This document shows positions 44,138 through 55,401 of a stretch of 64,000 bases of DNA, piece after piece. Each line of letters starts with the position of its first letter. Position 1 is the stretch's first letter. The position numbers were made by a program, and so were the translations under genes. The notes under the pieces were generated by a model that was given only the letters and a program-made list of their open reading frames with translations, was not told the DNA's origin and made no database searches. Location: NCBI GenBank assembly GCA_003162415.1, contig PMOL01000011.1:408853-472852 (forward strand), written 5' to 3'. The DNA comes from Candidatus Dormiibacterota bacterium. GTDB taxonomy: Bacteria; Chloroflexota; Dormibacteria; Aeolococcales; Aeolococcaceae.

Positions 44138-44155
44138 ATACTTCATGTGATGTAT
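44138..44155. promoter_or_regulatory. Imperfect inverted repeat overlapping the marR -10 box (candidate MarR operator)
   Basis: ATACTTCATGTGATGTAT, 14 of 18 positions self-complementary, AT-rich, overlapping TATTAT 44153-44158. Confidence 0.45.
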
Positions 44156-44165
44156 TATCTGCGAC

Positions 44166-44648
44166 ATGAAGGACCGCTCCCTCCTCCTCGAACGGCTCAT
44201 GACCGCCCAGGGGGATCTGCGCCGCCGATTCATCGAGGTGGCATCGCCGACACTGCAGGCCGAGTTCGCCGAGGTGGGCGGCACGACCCTCCATCAGATG
44301 GAGGTGGTCCGGCGCCTGCTGCTCGGCGATGGGATGAGCATGCGCGAGGTCGCCGAGGCGCAGGGGATCGGCCTCAGCGGCGCAACGCAGCTGATCGACC
44401 GCCTCGAGCGGCGTGGACTGGTCACCCGGGTACGTGACGTGCGCGATCGGAGGGTGCAACACGTTGTACCGACCGAGCGCGCGAGGGATCTTGCGGCACG
44501 TTTCAAGGCCGGCATGCGCCGAGCATCGGCGGAGGTGTTCACCGCCCTCGACGACAGCGAGCTGCAAACATATGTCGACCTGACCGAGCGGATCGCCGCA
44601 ACGGTCCATGATGACGCCGGCGAGCATCTCCGCAGGGCCACGGCATGA
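44166..44648 (+). CDS. MarR-family regulator
   Basis: [37 protein letters not shown]. Confidence 0.92.
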   Translation: MKDRSLLLERLMTAQGDLRRRFIEVASPTLQAEFAEVGGTTLHQMEVVRRLLLGDGMSMREVAEAQGIGLSGATQLIDRLERRGLVTRVRDVRDRRVQHVVPTERARDLAARFKAGMRRASAEVFTALDDSELQTYVDLTERIAATVHDDAGEHLRRATA

Positions 44649-46231
44649 CGCAGCGCCAGATCTACGCGGTGCTCGGCGCGCTGATGCTCGGGATGCTCCT
44701 GGCAGCCCTCGATCAGACCATCGTGGCAACCTCGCTGCCGACCATCGTCGGCGACCTCGGGGGCCTCAACCAGCTGTCCTGGGTGGTGACCTCCTACCTC
44801 CTTGCGTCGACGGTCTCCACCCCGCTCTACGGAAAGCTCGGCGATCTCTACGGGCGCAAATTCCTGTTCCAGGCCGCGATCGTCATCTTCATCGTGGGTT
44901 CGATGCTCGCCGGCCTCTCCCAGAACATGCTCGAGCTCATCGGCTTCCGCGCCATCCAGGGGATCGGCGCCGGCGGCCTCATGGTCGGAGCCCAGGCGAT
45001 CATCGGCGACGTCGTCCCTCCTCGTGAGCGCGGCAAGTACCAGGGATGGATGGGAGGCGTGTTCGCGCTCTCCAGCGTCGCCGGGCCGCTCATCGGCGGC
45101 TTTCTCACCGACGACGTGTCCTGGCGCTGGATCTTCTACATCAACGTCCCGATCGCCGCCATCGCGCTGTTCGTGACCGCGACGGTCCTGAAGACGCCGG
45201 TCCGGCGCATCTCGCACAGCATCGACTGGCTCGGCGCCTTCTTCCTGGCGGCCGGTGCCTCCTCGCTGATCCTGATGACCACGTGGGGTGGCACGCAGTA
45301 CGCATGGGCATCGCTGCCCATCTTCGCGCTCGGCATCCTCGGCGTGGTGATGCTTGCCGCCTTCGTGGTGGTCGAGCGGCGGGTCACGGAGCCCATCCTT
45401 CCCTTCCGGCTCTTTCGCATCCAGGTGTTCAACGTCGCGAGCGGCGTCGGGTTCGTCATCGGGTTCGCGATGTTCGGCGCCATCACGTTCCTGCCGGTGT
45501 TCCTCCAACTGGTGGACGGCGCGAGTGCCACGAGCTCGGGGCTCAACATCCTGCCGCTCATGGCGGGGCTGTTGGTGGCATCGATCTCGAGCGGTCAGAT
45601 CATCAGCCGGATGGGCAGGTACAAGATCTTCCCGGTCATCGGCACGGCGCTGGCGGCGATCGGCGTGTACCTGCTGTCGACCATCGACCCGCAGACGCCG
45701 CGGGTACTCCTATCGATCTACATGGTGGTCCTCGGCCTCGGCCTCGGCTGCGTCATGCAGGTTTTGGTCATCGCCGTCCAGAACGCGGTGGAGCAGCGTG
45801 ACCTCGGCGTGGGCACGAGCTCGGCCACGTTCCTGCGTTCGATGGGCGCGTCCTTCGGCGTGGCCATCTTCGGGGCAATCTTCAGCAACCAGCTGGCCTC
45901 GAATCTCCTGAAGAACCTGCCGGCGAGCGCCTTGCATTCGGGAATCAACCCCGCCTCGCTCGAGGGAAATCCCGCGCAGCTCGCCAGCCTGCCGCCGGCG
46001 ATTCACACCGGGCTGGTGAACGCGGTGTCGGAGTCCCTCCATGTCGTCTTTCTCACCGCGGTGCCGATCCTCGTGGTCGCGTTCTTCCTGACCCTGCTGA
46101 TCAAGGAGGTTCCGCTGCGCACCAAGGCGCACGGCATCCCAGGCGCCGAGGAAAGCGTCGGGATCGAGATGGCGACCGACCTCGGCGGGGCCAAGCCGGT
46201 CGAGGCCGGGGTGGGATCAGAGCGGCCCTAA
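44645..46231 (+). CDS. MFS multidrug efflux transporter (DHA2, EmrB/QacA type)
   Basis: [40 protein letters not shown]; 14 TM; ATGA overlap with marR. Confidence 0.94.
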   Translation: MTQRQIYAVLGALMLGMLLAALDQTIVATSLPTIVGDLGGLNQLSWVVTSYLLASTVSTPLYGKLGDLYGRKFLFQAAIVIFIVGSMLAGLSQNMLELIGFRAIQGIGAGGLMVGAQAIIGDVVPPRERGKYQGWMGGVFALSSVAGPLIGGFLTDDVSWRWIFYINVPIAAIALFVTATVLKTPVRRISHSIDWLGAFFLAAGASSLILMTTWGGTQYAWASLPIFALGILGVVMLAAFVVVERRVTEPILPFRLFRIQVFNVASGVGFVIGFAMFGAITFLPVFLQLVDGASATSSGLNILPLMAGLLVASISSGQIISRMGRYKIFPVIGTALAAIGVYLLSTIDPQTPRVLLSIYMVVLGLGLGCVMQVLVIAVQNAVEQRDLGVGTSSATFLRSMGASFGVAIFGAIFSNQLASNLLKNLPASALHSGINPASLEGNPAQLASLPPAIHTGLVNAVSESLHVVFLTAVPILVVAFFLTLLIKEVPLRTKAHGIPGAEESVGIEMATDLGGAKPVEAGVGSERP

Positions 46232-46261
46232 CCCCTCGCACCCTCGGGCTAGACTGACGTC

Positions 46262-46825
46262 ATGACCGCGGAGCGCAGACGGCGGATCGTGATCGCGGCC
46301 GGCCTCGGCTTGCTTGCGACGGTGACCGCGACGCGCGTCCTCGCGCTGCGCCGCGAGCTGGCCGGCGACGCGGATGAGGAGGACGCAGGCGCGGGCGCCG
46401 TGCTCTCGCGCTCGAGCGTGGCCGTGGCCGGCAGTGCCCTCACCACCGAGAGCGCGGCGGTCGCGGGGAGCGTCGCCACTCGCCGCTCCACGGCGGTGGC
46501 GGGATCCGCGGCGACCTCCTACTCGTCAGCGGTCGCGGGATCGGCCCTCACACGCGCGTCGGCCGCTGTCGCCGGGAGCGCCGCGACCGCGCTGAGCGCA
46601 GCCGTGGTCAGGAGCGCAGTGACCGTCGGCAGCGCAGCGGTCGCCGGCAGCGTGCTCACCTTCTTCGGTGCCGCAATCCGGCGCTGCGTGCTCACCGTCG
46701 CGTGTCTCCGCTGCACCCGCTGCATCGTCTGCCTCGCGTGTTCGGATTGCATCGACTGCACCGGGTGTGTCGGCTGTCGCGGATTGCGCGGCGCGGTCGG
46801 GAAGATCGGGGTCAGCGCCCCGTGA
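46262..46825 (+). CDS. Exported or anchored 12-residue-repeat protein with Cys-x-x ladder
   Basis: TAGACT box 6 nt before ATG; RRRR plus hydrophobic N-terminus; seven xSxAVAGSxxTx repeats; 10 Cys, nine of them spaced every third residue. Confidence 0.7.
   Translation: MTAERRRRIVIAAGLGLLATVTATRVLALRRELAGDADEEDAGAGAVLSRSSVAVAGSALTTESAAVAGSVATRRSTAVAGSAATSYSSAVAGSALTRASAAVAGSAATALSAAVVRSAVTVGSAAVAGSVLTFFGAAIRRCVLTVACLRCTRCIVCLACSDCIDCTGCVGCRGLRGAVGKIGVSAP
46412..46663 (+). repeat. Seven degenerate 36-bp (12-aa) tandem repeats
   Basis: [84 protein letters not shown]. Confidence 0.85.
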
Positions 46826-48491
46826 CCGCCCCGAAGCTCGCGGACGACACGGTGGCCGCGTATTTGGCGAACACGCCGGTCGCATAACGAGGCTCGGGCC
46901 GCTTCCAGTCGGCGAGTCGCGCCGTGATCTCCGCGTCATCCAGCTCGACATCGATACGACGCGACGTCACGTCGATGTTGATCATGTCGCCGTCGCGCAC
47001 CGCGGCGATGGCGCCGCCGAGCGCCGCCTCCGGCGCGATATGGGCAACCATGAAGCCGTGCGTCGCCCCTGAGAACCGGCCGTCGGTGATCAGCGCCACC
47101 GAGTCGCTGAGGTCGGCACCGACGATCGCACCGGTCACCCCGAGCATCTCGCGCATGCCGGGACCGCCGACGGGTCCTTCGTAGCGGATCACGACCACGT
47201 CACCGGGGTTGACGGCACCCTCGCGAACCGACGCGAACGCCTCCTCCTCCGAATCGAAGACCCGGGCGGGCCCGCGGTGCGAGTCGCGATCGTTGCCCGC
47301 CAGCTTGACCACGCATCCCTCGGCAGCAAGATTCCCGCGCAGCACCGCGATCCCCCCGTGCTTGCGAAGGGGCGCATTCGCGGGGCGGATCACCTGCTGA
47401 CCGGGTGTCTCGCTCGCCGCAGCGGCGACGTCGGCGAGGGTGCGCCCGTCGACGGTCCTCGCATCGCCGTGCAGCAGGTCGAGCTCGAGCATCCGCTGCA
47501 TGAGGAGGCCGAGGCCGCCCGCGGCGTACAGATCGGTCGCAACGAAGCGGCCACCGGGCCGGAGGTCGGCGAGGATCGGCGTCCGAGCGCAGATGGCGTT
47601 GAAGTCGTCGATGTCGAGCGCGACCTCCGCCTCGGCGGCGATGGCGAGCAGATGGAGGACGGCATTGGTGGAGCCGCCCGTCGCCGAGAAGGATGCGATC
47701 GCGTTCTCGAGTGCAGCGCGGCTCACGATCGACCGGGAATTGATCCCCTCCTCCACGAGCCGTACCGCGAGGCGTCCAGCCGCCTCCGCGACCGCCGGCT
47801 TGTCGGGATGCGTCGCCGGGACGGCGTTGGCACCGGGAGGCGAGAGCCCGAGGAACTCGAGAGCCGTGCTCATGGTGTTGGCCGTGTACTGACCACCGCA
47901 CGCGCCGGCACCCGGGCAGGCGTGCTCCTCGACAGCGCGAAGCTCCTCGGCGTCGATGCGGCCCGCGTTGTACGCACCCACGGCTTCGAAGACATCCTGG
48001 ACGGTCAGGTCGCGGTCACGCAGACGTCCAGGTTGGATGGTCCCACCGTAGAGCACGAGGCCGGGGATGTCCATCCGCGCGAGCGCCATCGCGGCCGCGG
48101 GAATGGTCTTGTCGCAGCCGACGATGAGGACGAGGCCGTCAAAGCTGTGTCCACGCGTGACCAGCTCGATGGAGTCGGCGATCAGCTCGCGGGAGACGAG
48201 CGAGGCCTTCATCCCCTGCGTGCCCATGCTGACGCCGTCGCTCACCGCGATGGTGTTGAACTCCATCGGCGTGCCGCCAGCGGCGCGAACGCCCTCCTTC
48301 ACCTTCTCGGCGAGCGCGCGGTGATTCCAATTGCAGGGCATGGTCTCGATCCAGGAGTGACCAACGCCGATGATCGGGCGTTCGAGGTCCTCACGGCTGA
48401 AGCCGATGGCGCGAAGCATGGCCCGCGCGGGCGCGCGATCAGGACCGTGCAGCATCACCGAACTCGGGCGCGTCGACGCTGTTTCAGGCAT
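46812..48491 (-). CDS. ilvD: Dihydroxy-acid dehydratase
   Basis: [65 protein letters not shown]; TATGCT box 7 nt before ATG 48491. Confidence 0.97.
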   Translation of the reverse strand: MPETASTRPSSVMLHGPDRAPARAMLRAIGFSREDLERPIIGVGHSWIETMPCNWNHRALAEKVKEGVRAAGGTPMEFNTIAVSDGVSMGTQGMKASLVSRELIADSIELVTRGHSFDGLVLIVGCDKTIPAAAMALARMDIPGLVLYGGTIQPGRLRDRDLTVQDVFEAVGAYNAGRIDAEELRAVEEHACPGAGACGGQYTANTMSTALEFLGLSPPGANAVPATHPDKPAVAEAAGRLAVRLVEEGINSRSIVSRAALENAIASFSATGGSTNAVLHLLAIAAEAEVALDIDDFNAICARTPILADLRPGGRFVATDLYAAGGLGLLMQRMLELDLLHGDARTVDGRTLADVAAAASETPGQQVIRPANAPLRKHGGIAVLRGNLAAEGCVVKLAGNDRDSHRGPARVFDSEEEAFASVREGAVNPGDVVVIRYEGPVGGPGMREMLGVTGAIVGADLSDSVALITDGRFSGATHGFMVAHIAPEAALGGAIAAVRDGDMINIDVTSRRIDVELDDAEITARLADWKRPEPRYATGVFAKYAATVSSASFGAVTGR

Positions 48492-48532
48492 GCGCGGAAG
48501 CATACGGTGCCGAGGCCGTCACAACTCCGTGT

Positions 48533-48562
48533 TTGACTGGAGCGACATCCAGGCCGTATCCT
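48533..48562 (+). promoter_or_regulatory. Sigma-70 promoter for the ilvB leader
   Basis: TTGACT (48533-48538), 18-nt spacer, TATCCT (48557-48562). Confidence 0.55.
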
Positions 48563-48572
48563 TCGCGGCGAG

Positions 48573-48665
48573 ATGTCGTACGGCTTCGCGCTGGTCCTGC
48601 TGGTAGGCCTGCTCCTGATTAGGAGCGGGGCTTTCATGCTTCAGGCCAGTCGCGTGCGCAGGTAG
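48573..48665 (+). CDS. ilv/leu operon leader peptide (30 aa)
   Basis: My translation MSYGFALVLLVGLLLIRSGAFMLQASRVRR*: 6 Leu, 2 Val and 1 Ile in codons 7-16, directly upstream of a terminator. Confidence 0.78.
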   Translation: MSYGFALVLLVGLLLIRSGAFMLQASRVRR

Positions 48666-48691
48666 GCACAAGACCCAAGCCGGAATCAAGC

Positions 48692-48723
48692 AAAAGGCCC
48701 CCTCCCAGGAGGGGGCCTTTTTT
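48692..48723 (+). terminator. Rho-independent attenuator terminator
   Basis: AAAAGGCCCCCTCC-CA-GGAGGGGGCCTTTTTT, a perfect inverted repeat followed by a T-tract. Confidence 0.92.
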
Positions 48724-48756
48724 CGTTCCCGGCACAAGCGATTTGGAGGAACACTC

Positions 48757-48954
48757 ATGGCAGGCCCCCGACAGGCACCCGCACCGTATGACGGCATGGG
48801 AACACCGACTCGCTGGGACGCGAGCACCCATGACGACGGCAACCAGGCCGAGCGTCTCGACTCCGCACGCGCGGATCGTTTCGCTCCCGGCACGCCCCGG
48901 CACGACGAGAGCGAAGAGTTCGTGCGCCGATCGCTCAACCGCTACTACCAATGA
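48757..48954 (+). CDS. Small (65-aa) protein between the attenuator and ilvB
   Basis: Strong SD GGAGGA at 48745-48750; its stop overlaps the ilvB start (ATGA), and ilvB lacks its own SD. Confidence 0.58.
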   Translation: MAGPRQAPAPYDGMGTPTRWDASTHDDGNQAERLDSARADRFAPGTPRHDESEEFVRRSLNRYYQ

Positions 48955-50714
48955 TCACCACCCGAACGGATCAACGCTCGAGCGCGGCTGCGTCGACAGC
49001 AGCACACCCCGACGGCCTGGCTGAGCCGCCTCGGATGCTCACCGGCGCGCAGATCGCCCTCGAATCGCTCATCCGCGAGGGTGTCGACACCATCTTCGGA
49101 TACCCCGGCGGGGCGAACCTCTGGCTCTACCGCCACCTCCCGTCCTACCCGGCGCTCCACCACGTCCTGGTCCGGCACGAGCAGGGGGGCGCCCATGCCG
49201 CCGACGGCTATGCGCGCAGCAAGCGCGGATCGGTCGGCGTCGTCTTCGCGACCAGCGGCCCCGGCGCGCTCAACCTCGTGACCGGGCTCGCGACCGCGTA
49301 CATGGACTCGGTTCCGGTGGTTGCGATCACCGGCCAGGTGCCCTCGACCGCAATCGGGACCGACAGCTTCCAGGAGTCCGATGTCATCGGCTCGACCATG
49401 TCGGTGGTGAAACATTCGTACCTGATCACCCGCGTCGAGGACATCGCCCCAACCATCAAGGAGGCGTTCCACATCGCCCGGAGCGGACGCCCCGGGCCGG
49501 TGCTCATCGACTTTCCCAAGGACCTCCAGGCCGCGGTCACCGCGTTCAATTACCCGGAGGCGCCGGTGCGCCGCCGTTCCTACCCGGCGCCCCCGCGGCC
49601 CGACCCCGCGAAGCTGCGTCAGATCGCCGAGCTCATCAAGGGTGCGAAGCGCCCGGTGATCCTGGCGGGTCGCGGCGTGCTCATCGCCGGCGCCGAGGAG
49701 GACCTCGCCGAGCTCGCGCACCAGGCGCACATCCCCGTCGGCTGGACGCTGCTCGGCACCGGCGCGTTCCCGGTGACCGACCCGATGGCGCTGCAGATGG
49801 TCGGATTCATGGGTGCCGGCTACACCAACAAAGCGGTCTGTGAGGCCGACGTGCTGATCATGGTCGGGATGCGTTGCGACGACCGGGTGACCACCCGGCT
49901 CGACTCGTTCGCGCCTCGCGTCGAGCATCTCGTGCACATCGACATCGACCCCGCTGAGATCGGCAAGAACGTCATCCCCCACGTGAGCGTCGTCGCCGAC
50001 GCGAAGGTCGCGCTTCGCGAGTTGAACCTGCTCGTCGAGCCCAAACGCGAGCACGCATGGCTCACCCAGATCGACCAGTGGAAGGAAGAGCATCCCGTTC
50101 GCTTCACGAATCACACCGGTCTGCTCCAGCCACAGCAGGTCCTCGAGGAGATGTACGCGCGCTGCGAGGACGAGGCGATCGTGCTCGCCGACGTCGGCCA
50201 GAATCAGATCTGGGCGGCGCTCTGGTTCAACTACCGCAAGCCCGGTCTGTTCCTCAACTCGGGCGGCACCGGGACCATGGGCTACGCGTTTCCGGCGTCC
50301 ATGGGTGCGAAGCTCGCCAACCCGCACAAGACCGTGTTCTGCGTGACCGGTGAGGGAGGCTTCGTCATGAACATGCAGGAGATGGCGACGATGGTGGAGA
50401 ACAACATCGACGTCAACATCGTCATCCTCAACAACTCCTCGCTCGGCATGGTTCGTCAATTCCAGGACGACTTCTACGACGGCGTGCGCTCCGCAGTCGA
50501 CCTGACCTTCACGCCCGACTTCGTGAAGCTCGGCGACGCCTTCGGCATGAAGGCGATGTCCACCGACCGTCTCGAGGACGTCGGACGCATGCTCGACGAC
50601 GCCATGGCGCACAAGGGACCGGTGCTGCTGAACTTCAACATCGATCCGAACGCGAACGTCTATCCCATAGTGCCCCTCGGCAAGGGCATGCTCGACTTCG
50701 TCGAGGCGAGCTGA
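48951..50714 (+). CDS. ilvB: Acetolactate synthase large subunit
   Basis: FGYPGGA, VRHEQG, TSGPGALN, TDSFQE, ADVGQNQIW, SGGTGTMG, TPP-binding GEGGFVMNMQE...NN. Confidence 0.97.
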   Translation: MITTRTDQRSSAAASTAAHPDGLAEPPRMLTGAQIALESLIREGVDTIFGYPGGANLWLYRHLPSYPALHHVLVRHEQGGAHAADGYARSKRGSVGVVFATSGPGALNLVTGLATAYMDSVPVVAITGQVPSTAIGTDSFQESDVIGSTMSVVKHSYLITRVEDIAPTIKEAFHIARSGRPGPVLIDFPKDLQAAVTAFNYPEAPVRRRSYPAPPRPDPAKLRQIAELIKGAKRPVILAGRGVLIAGAEEDLAELAHQAHIPVGWTLLGTGAFPVTDPMALQMVGFMGAGYTNKAVCEADVLIMVGMRCDDRVTTRLDSFAPRVEHLVHIDIDPAEIGKNVIPHVSVVADAKVALRELNLLVEPKREHAWLTQIDQWKEEHPVRFTNHTGLLQPQQVLEEMYARCEDEAIVLADVGQNQIWAALWFNYRKPGLFLNSGGTGTMGYAFPASMGAKLANPHKTVFCVTGEGGFVMNMQEMATMVENNIDVNIVILNNSSLGMVRQFQDDFYDGVRSAVDLTFTPDFVKLGDAFGMKAMSTDRLEDVGRMLDDAMAHKGPVLLNFNIDPNANVYPIVPLGKGMLDFVEAS

Positions 50715-51298
50715 TGACCCAGAGCCGGCTGCTCTCCGTGCTTGTCGACAACAAGCCCGGTGTTCTGCAGCGCGTCGCGTCGATGATCCGGCGGCGCGGG
50801 TTCAATATCGACTCGCTGTCGGTGGGCCCGACCGACGACGACACGATCTCGCGGATGACCATCACCGTCCACGTCGGACGTCAGCAGGCGGAACAGGCGA
50901 CCAAGCAGCTCGCCAAGCTCATCGATGTCATCACCATCGACGACATCACCGGGCTCCGCAACGTGGCGCATGAGCTGGTGCTGATGCGCATGCAGGCTCC
51001 TCCGGGCGAGCGCACCGAGCTGCTCAACCTGGTTGACATCTTCAGGGGCCGGATCGTCGACGTCGCCGCCAGCTCGGTGATCATCGAGGTGACTGGCAGC
51101 GTCGAGAAGATCGACAACTTCATCGAGCTGATGAGGCCGTTCGGCATCAAGGAGCTGGCGCGGAGCGGCGTCGTCGCCCTGGTGCGCGGTGATCAGGCGC
51201 GCATCCGTCTCATGGATTTCGCGATCGACGGCGATGAGCCACCGACAGAGCCGTCGCGCCTGCAGGGCGTGGCCGGCGACACCACCGGCACCGTATGA
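50714..51298 (+). CDS. ilvN: Acetolactate synthase small (regulatory) subunit
   Basis: [44 protein letters not shown]. Confidence 0.96.
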   Translation: MTQSRLLSVLVDNKPGVLQRVASMIRRRGFNIDSLSVGPTDDDTISRMTITVHVGRQQAEQATKQLAKLIDVITIDDITGLRNVAHELVLMRMQAPPGERTELLNLVDIFRGRIVDVAASSVIIEVTGSVEKIDNFIELMRPFGIKELARSGVVALVRGDQARIRLMDFAIDGDEPPTEPSRLQGVAGDTTGTV

Positions 51299-51323
51299 GC
51301 AAGCGCAGAGGAGGCAGCGATCA

Positions 51324-52379
51324 ATGACCGCTCGGATGTACTACGACGCAGACGCCGACCCGGAGGCTCTGTCCAAGCGCCCCATCGCGATCCTGGGCTA
51401 CGGCTCGCAGGGACACGCTCACGCCCTCAACCTGCGTGACTCGGGGCATGACGTGCGAGTCGGGCTCCCCGAGACCAGCGGGAGCCGTGCCGCCGCGGAG
51501 GCCGAGGGACTGCGCGTGCTGACCCCGGACAAGGCGTGCGAGGAGGCGGATGTGATCATGGTGCTCACGCCCGACACCGGTCAGCGCGCGCTGTATGACG
51601 AGGCGATCGCGCCGCATCTGCACGCCGACAAGATGCTGATGTTCGCCCACGGTTTCAACATCCGCTATGACCTCATCAACCCGCCCGTCGGCGTCGACGT
51701 GAGCATGGTGGCCCCCAAGGGCCCGGGCCACCTGGTGCGCAGCACCTTCGTCAACGGGCAGGGCGTGCCCTGCCTGTTCGCCGTGCACCAGGACGCGACC
51801 GGCCTGGCGAGGGAACGCACGCTGGCATATGCGCGCGGCATCGGCGGCACGCGTGCGGGCGTGCTCGAGACGACCTTCGCCGAGGAGACCGAGACCGACC
51901 TGTTCGGCGAGCAGGCGGTGCTCTGCGGCGGCATCACGTCGCTCGTGAAGGCAGGGTTCGACACGCTCACCGAGGCGGGCTACCAGCCGGAGCTCGCCTA
52001 TTTCGAGGTAATGCACGAGCTCAAGCTCATCGTCGACCTGATGTACCAGGGCGGCATGTCCTGGATGCGCTACTCGGTGAGCGAGACCGCCGAGTACGGC
52101 GACTACGTCAGCGGCCCCAAGGTGGTGGACGAGCGCACCCGCGCGACCATGCGCAAATTGCTGAGCGACATCCAGGACGGGAGCTTCGCGAAGCGGTGGA
52201 TCGAAGAGAACGAAGCCGGACGGCCGAACTTCGTCGAATATCGCGACGAGGAGCAGCACCTCCCCATCGAGCGCGTCGGCGCCGAGTTGCGCTCGAAGAT
52301 GGGCTGGCTCGACAGCAAGACGGCGCCCGGTATGGACAAGGTGCTGAACACGCCAGACCGCGAGGAGGCGCCGGTATGA
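51324..52379 (+). CDS. ilvC: Ketol-acid reductoisomerase
   Basis: [48 protein letters not shown]. Confidence 0.97.
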   Translation: MTARMYYDADADPEALSKRPIAILGYGSQGHAHALNLRDSGHDVRVGLPETSGSRAAAEAEGLRVLTPDKACEEADVIMVLTPDTGQRALYDEAIAPHLHADKMLMFAHGFNIRYDLINPPVGVDVSMVAPKGPGHLVRSTFVNGQGVPCLFAVHQDATGLARERTLAYARGIGGTRAGVLETTFAEETETDLFGEQAVLCGGITSLVKAGFDTLTEAGYQPELAYFEVMHELKLIVDLMYQGGMSWMRYSVSETAEYGDYVSGPKVVDERTRATMRKLLSDIQDGSFAKRWIEENEAGRPNFVEYRDEEQHLPIERVGAELRSKMGWLDSKTAPGMDKVLNTPDREEAPV

Positions 52380-53983
52380 CCGAGCAGCTCACCATCCTCG
52401 ACACCACATTGCGGGACGGCGAGCAGTCGCCGGGGGTTGCGCTCAACCCGGCCGACAAGCTCCAGATCGCGCATCAGCTTGCGCGCCTCAAGGTCGACGT
52501 CATCGAAGCCGGCTTCCCGCACAGCTCCCCGGGTGATTTCGCCGCGGTGAACGCCATTGCCGAACAGGTCGACGGCGCGGTCATCGCCGGTCTGTCTCGA
52601 TGCTTCGAGGACGACGTGCGCGCGTGCGCCGCCGCGCTCGAGCCCGCGGCTCGCGCTCGGATCCACGTCTTCATCGGCACCTCGCCGATCCATCGCGAGG
52701 GCCAGTTGCGCATGACCCAGCGCGAGGTTTACGACCGAGCCGTCTCCATGACGGCGCTGGCGAAGACCTTCCGCGAGGACGTCGAGTTCTCACCGATGGA
52801 TGCGAGCCGCACCGAGCGCGACTACCTCGCCGAGGTGGTGAACAGCTGCATCGAGGCGGGAGCCACAACCATCAACCTCGCCGATACGGTGGGGTACGCG
52901 ACGCCGGACGAATGGCGCGGCTTGATCGGGTGGATGTACGAGCAGGTCCCCGCATTGCGCACCGTGGTGCTGTCCGTGCACTGCCACAATGACCTGGGCC
53001 TTGCCACCGCCAACTCGCTGGTCAGCGTGCTCGGCGGTGCGCGGCAGATCGAGACCTGCGTCAACGGTATCGGCGAGCGCGCCGGCAACGCGGCGCTCGA
53101 GGAGGTGGCCATGGCCACCTGGCTGCACCCGGAGGTGTACGGCGTTGCGACGCAGCTCGATCACTCGCAGCTATACCGCACCTCACGACTGGTCTCCCAG
53201 CTCACCGGCATGCTCGTGCAGCCCAACAAGGCGGTGGTCGGCGCCAATGCGTTCGCCCACCATTCGGGGATCCACCAGGACGGCATGCTCAAGGACCGCC
53301 GTACCTTCGAGATCATGGAGCCGGGCGAGGTCGGTGCCGGGTCCACGCTGGTGCTGGGCAAGTTGAGCGGACGTCATGCGCTCCGCGACCGTCTCGAGCA
53401 GCTGGGCTACCGCCTCGACGGCGAGGAGCTGAAGCGCGCCTTCGTCCGCTTCAAGGAGCTCGCCGACCGCAAGCGTGATGTCACCGACCGGGATCTCGAG
53501 GCGATCGTCGCCGACGAGCGCCAGGGTGGCGAGGAAACCTTCCGTCTCGAGCACCTCCAGGTCAGCTGCGGCACCAACCTGCGCGCCACCGCGACCGTGC
53601 GCATGCTGCTGAGCGATGGCGTGAGCCACGAAGCGGTGTCGATCGGCGACGGCCCGGTCGACGCGACCTATCGAGCCATCGACTCGCTGGTGCAGGTGAA
53701 GGCAGAGCTCGAGGAGTTCGCGATCCAGGCGATCACCGAGGGCATGGACGCCGTCGGCGAGGTGAGCGTGCGCCTGCGTCAGGACGGCGCGTTGACGTCC
53801 GGGCACGGTGCCGACACTGACATTCTGGTGGCTGCAGCCAAGGCCTACGTACATGCGTTGAACCGCCTGACCGCGCGGCTTGCGGCGGGGCCGCGGGTCC
53901 CACCGGAGCGCATGGCGGCGATGGGCGCGTCCATCGCGGCCACCCCCGCCCCGGCAACCTCTGGGGTGGCAGGAGCCGAATGA
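52376..53983 (+). CDS. leuA: 2-isopropylmalate synthase
   Basis: [47 protein letters not shown]-terminal regulatory domain GDGPVDA. Confidence 0.96.
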   Translation: MTEQLTILDTTLRDGEQSPGVALNPADKLQIAHQLARLKVDVIEAGFPHSSPGDFAAVNAIAEQVDGAVIAGLSRCFEDDVRACAAALEPAARARIHVFIGTSPIHREGQLRMTQREVYDRAVSMTALAKTFREDVEFSPMDASRTERDYLAEVVNSCIEAGATTINLADTVGYATPDEWRGLIGWMYEQVPALRTVVLSVHCHNDLGLATANSLVSVLGGARQIETCVNGIGERAGNAALEEVAMATWLHPEVYGVATQLDHSQLYRTSRLVSQLTGMLVQPNKAVVGANAFAHHSGIHQDGMLKDRRTFEIMEPGEVGAGSTLVLGKLSGRHALRDRLEQLGYRLDGEELKRAFVRFKELADRKRDVTDRDLEAIVADERQGGEETFRLEHLQVSCGTNLRATATVRMLLSDGVSHEAVSIGDGPVDATYRAIDSLVQVKAELEEFAIQAITEGMDAVGEVSVRLRQDGALTSGHGADTDILVAAAKAYVHALNRLTARLAAGPRVPPERMAAMGASIAATPAPATSGVAGAE

Positions 53984-55401
53984 CCCCACGCACCCTGTTC
54001 GACAAGATCTGGGACGCGCACGTTGTCGCCGAACAGCCTGGGGAGCCGTCCCTCCTCTACGTCGACCTCCACCTCGTCCACGAGGTCACCTCGCCGCAGG
54101 CGTTCGAGGGCCTTCGCCTCGAGCACCGCCCGGTGCGCCGGCCTGGCCTGGTTGTGGCCACGATGGACCACAACGTGCCCACCGATGGCGACGGGGTGAG
54201 TGGCGCCGACGCCATGAGCACCGCGCAGATGGAGGCGCTGAGCAGGAATTGCGAGGAATCCGGGATCTCGTGCTTCGGTGCCGGGCATCGGTGGCAGGGA
54301 ATCGTCCACGTGATCGGCCCGGAGCTCGGGCTCACGCTCCCCGGGACGGTGATCGTCTGTGGCGATTCGCATACCGCGACGCATGGCGCCTTCGGGGCGT
54401 TCGCGCTCGGCATCGGCACCTCCGAGGTCGAGCATGTCCTCGCGACCCAATGTTTGCGTCAGTCCCGTCCGCGGACCATGGAGGTGCGCATCGAGGGCAC
54501 CCTGCCCGTCGGCGTCACCGCGAAGGATGCCGCGCTCGGCGTGCTCAACGCCATCGGCACCGCGGGTGCGGCCGGACACGTCGTCGAGTACACGGGCTCG
54601 GTGGTTCGCGGCTTCTCGATGGAACAGCGCATGACCCTCTGCAACCTCACCATTGAGGGCGGCGGACGCGCAGGGATGATCGCCCCGGATGCCACCACCT
54701 TCGCGTACATCAAGCGCCGCCCCTATGCACCCGCCGGCGAGCTCTGGGACCAGGCGGTCGTCGCCTGGAGCGAGCTGCACAGCGACGTCGGCGCCGAATA
54801 CGACAGCGTCGTCGTCATCGACGCGGCTAACCTCGAGCCGACGGTCACATGGGGCACGACGCCGGCGCAATCGGTGCCGGTCACCGGGCGTGTCCCCGAT
54901 CCGGAGTCGTTCGCGGATGCGGCAGAACGCGAATCGGCTGTGCGCGCCCTCGCCTACATGGGGCTCGAGCCGGGGACGGCGATCCAGGACATCAAGCTCG
55001 ACACCATCTTCATCGGCTCGTGCACCAACGGCCGTATCGAGGATCTGCGCGCTGCTGCGTCAATGCTCGACGGCCGGCGTGTCCACGACGGTCTCCGCGT
55101 CCTCGTGGTGCCGGGATCAGCGCAGGTGAAGGCGCAGGCTGAATCCGAGGGCCTCGACGCCATCTTCACGAGCGCCGGGGCCGAGTGGCGCAATCCCGGA
55201 TGCTCGATGTGCCTGGGGATGAACCCCGACATCCTCCAACCCGGCGAACGATGCGCGAGCACCAGCAACCGAAACTTCGAGGGCCGTCAGGGACGCGGCG
55301 GTCGAACGCATCTCGTCTCGCCGGCCATGGCGGCAGCAGCGGCCGTCGAAGGGCGGTTTGTCGACGTGCGCCGCATGCCGGTCGCGGCAGGGCGAGCGTG
55401 A
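53980..55401 (+). CDS. leuC: 3-isopropylmalate dehydratase large subunit
   Basis: [60 protein letters not shown]. Confidence 0.97.
   Translation: MTPRTLFDKIWDAHVVAEQPGEPSLLYVDLHLVHEVTSPQAFEGLRLEHRPVRRPGLVVATMDHNVPTDGDGVSGADAMSTAQMEALSRNCEESGISCFGAGHRWQGIVHVIGPELGLTLPGTVIVCGDSHTATHGAFGAFALGIGTSEVEHVLATQCLRQSRPRTMEVRIEGTLPVGVTAKDAALGVLNAIGTAGAAGHVVEYTGSVVRGFSMEQRMTLCNLTIEGGGRAGMIAPDATTFAYIKRRPYAPAGELWDQAVVAWSELHSDVGAEYDSVVVIDAANLEPTVTWGTTPAQSVPVTGRVPDPESFADAAERESAVRALAYMGLEPGTAIQDIKLDTIFIGSCTNGRIEDLRAAASMLDGRRVHDGLRVLVVPGSAQVKAQAESEGLDAIFTSAGAEWRNPGCSMCLGMNPDILQPGERCASTSNRNFEGRQGRGGRTHLVSPAMAAAAAVEGRFVDVRRMPVAAGRA

Noticed and set aside
23728-46825. Integrative element or prophage at tRNA-Gln
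   Set aside because: No integrase, recombinase, transposase, phage or conjugation genes, and I found no duplicated tRNA 3' end. An impression of lower GC3 was not computed.
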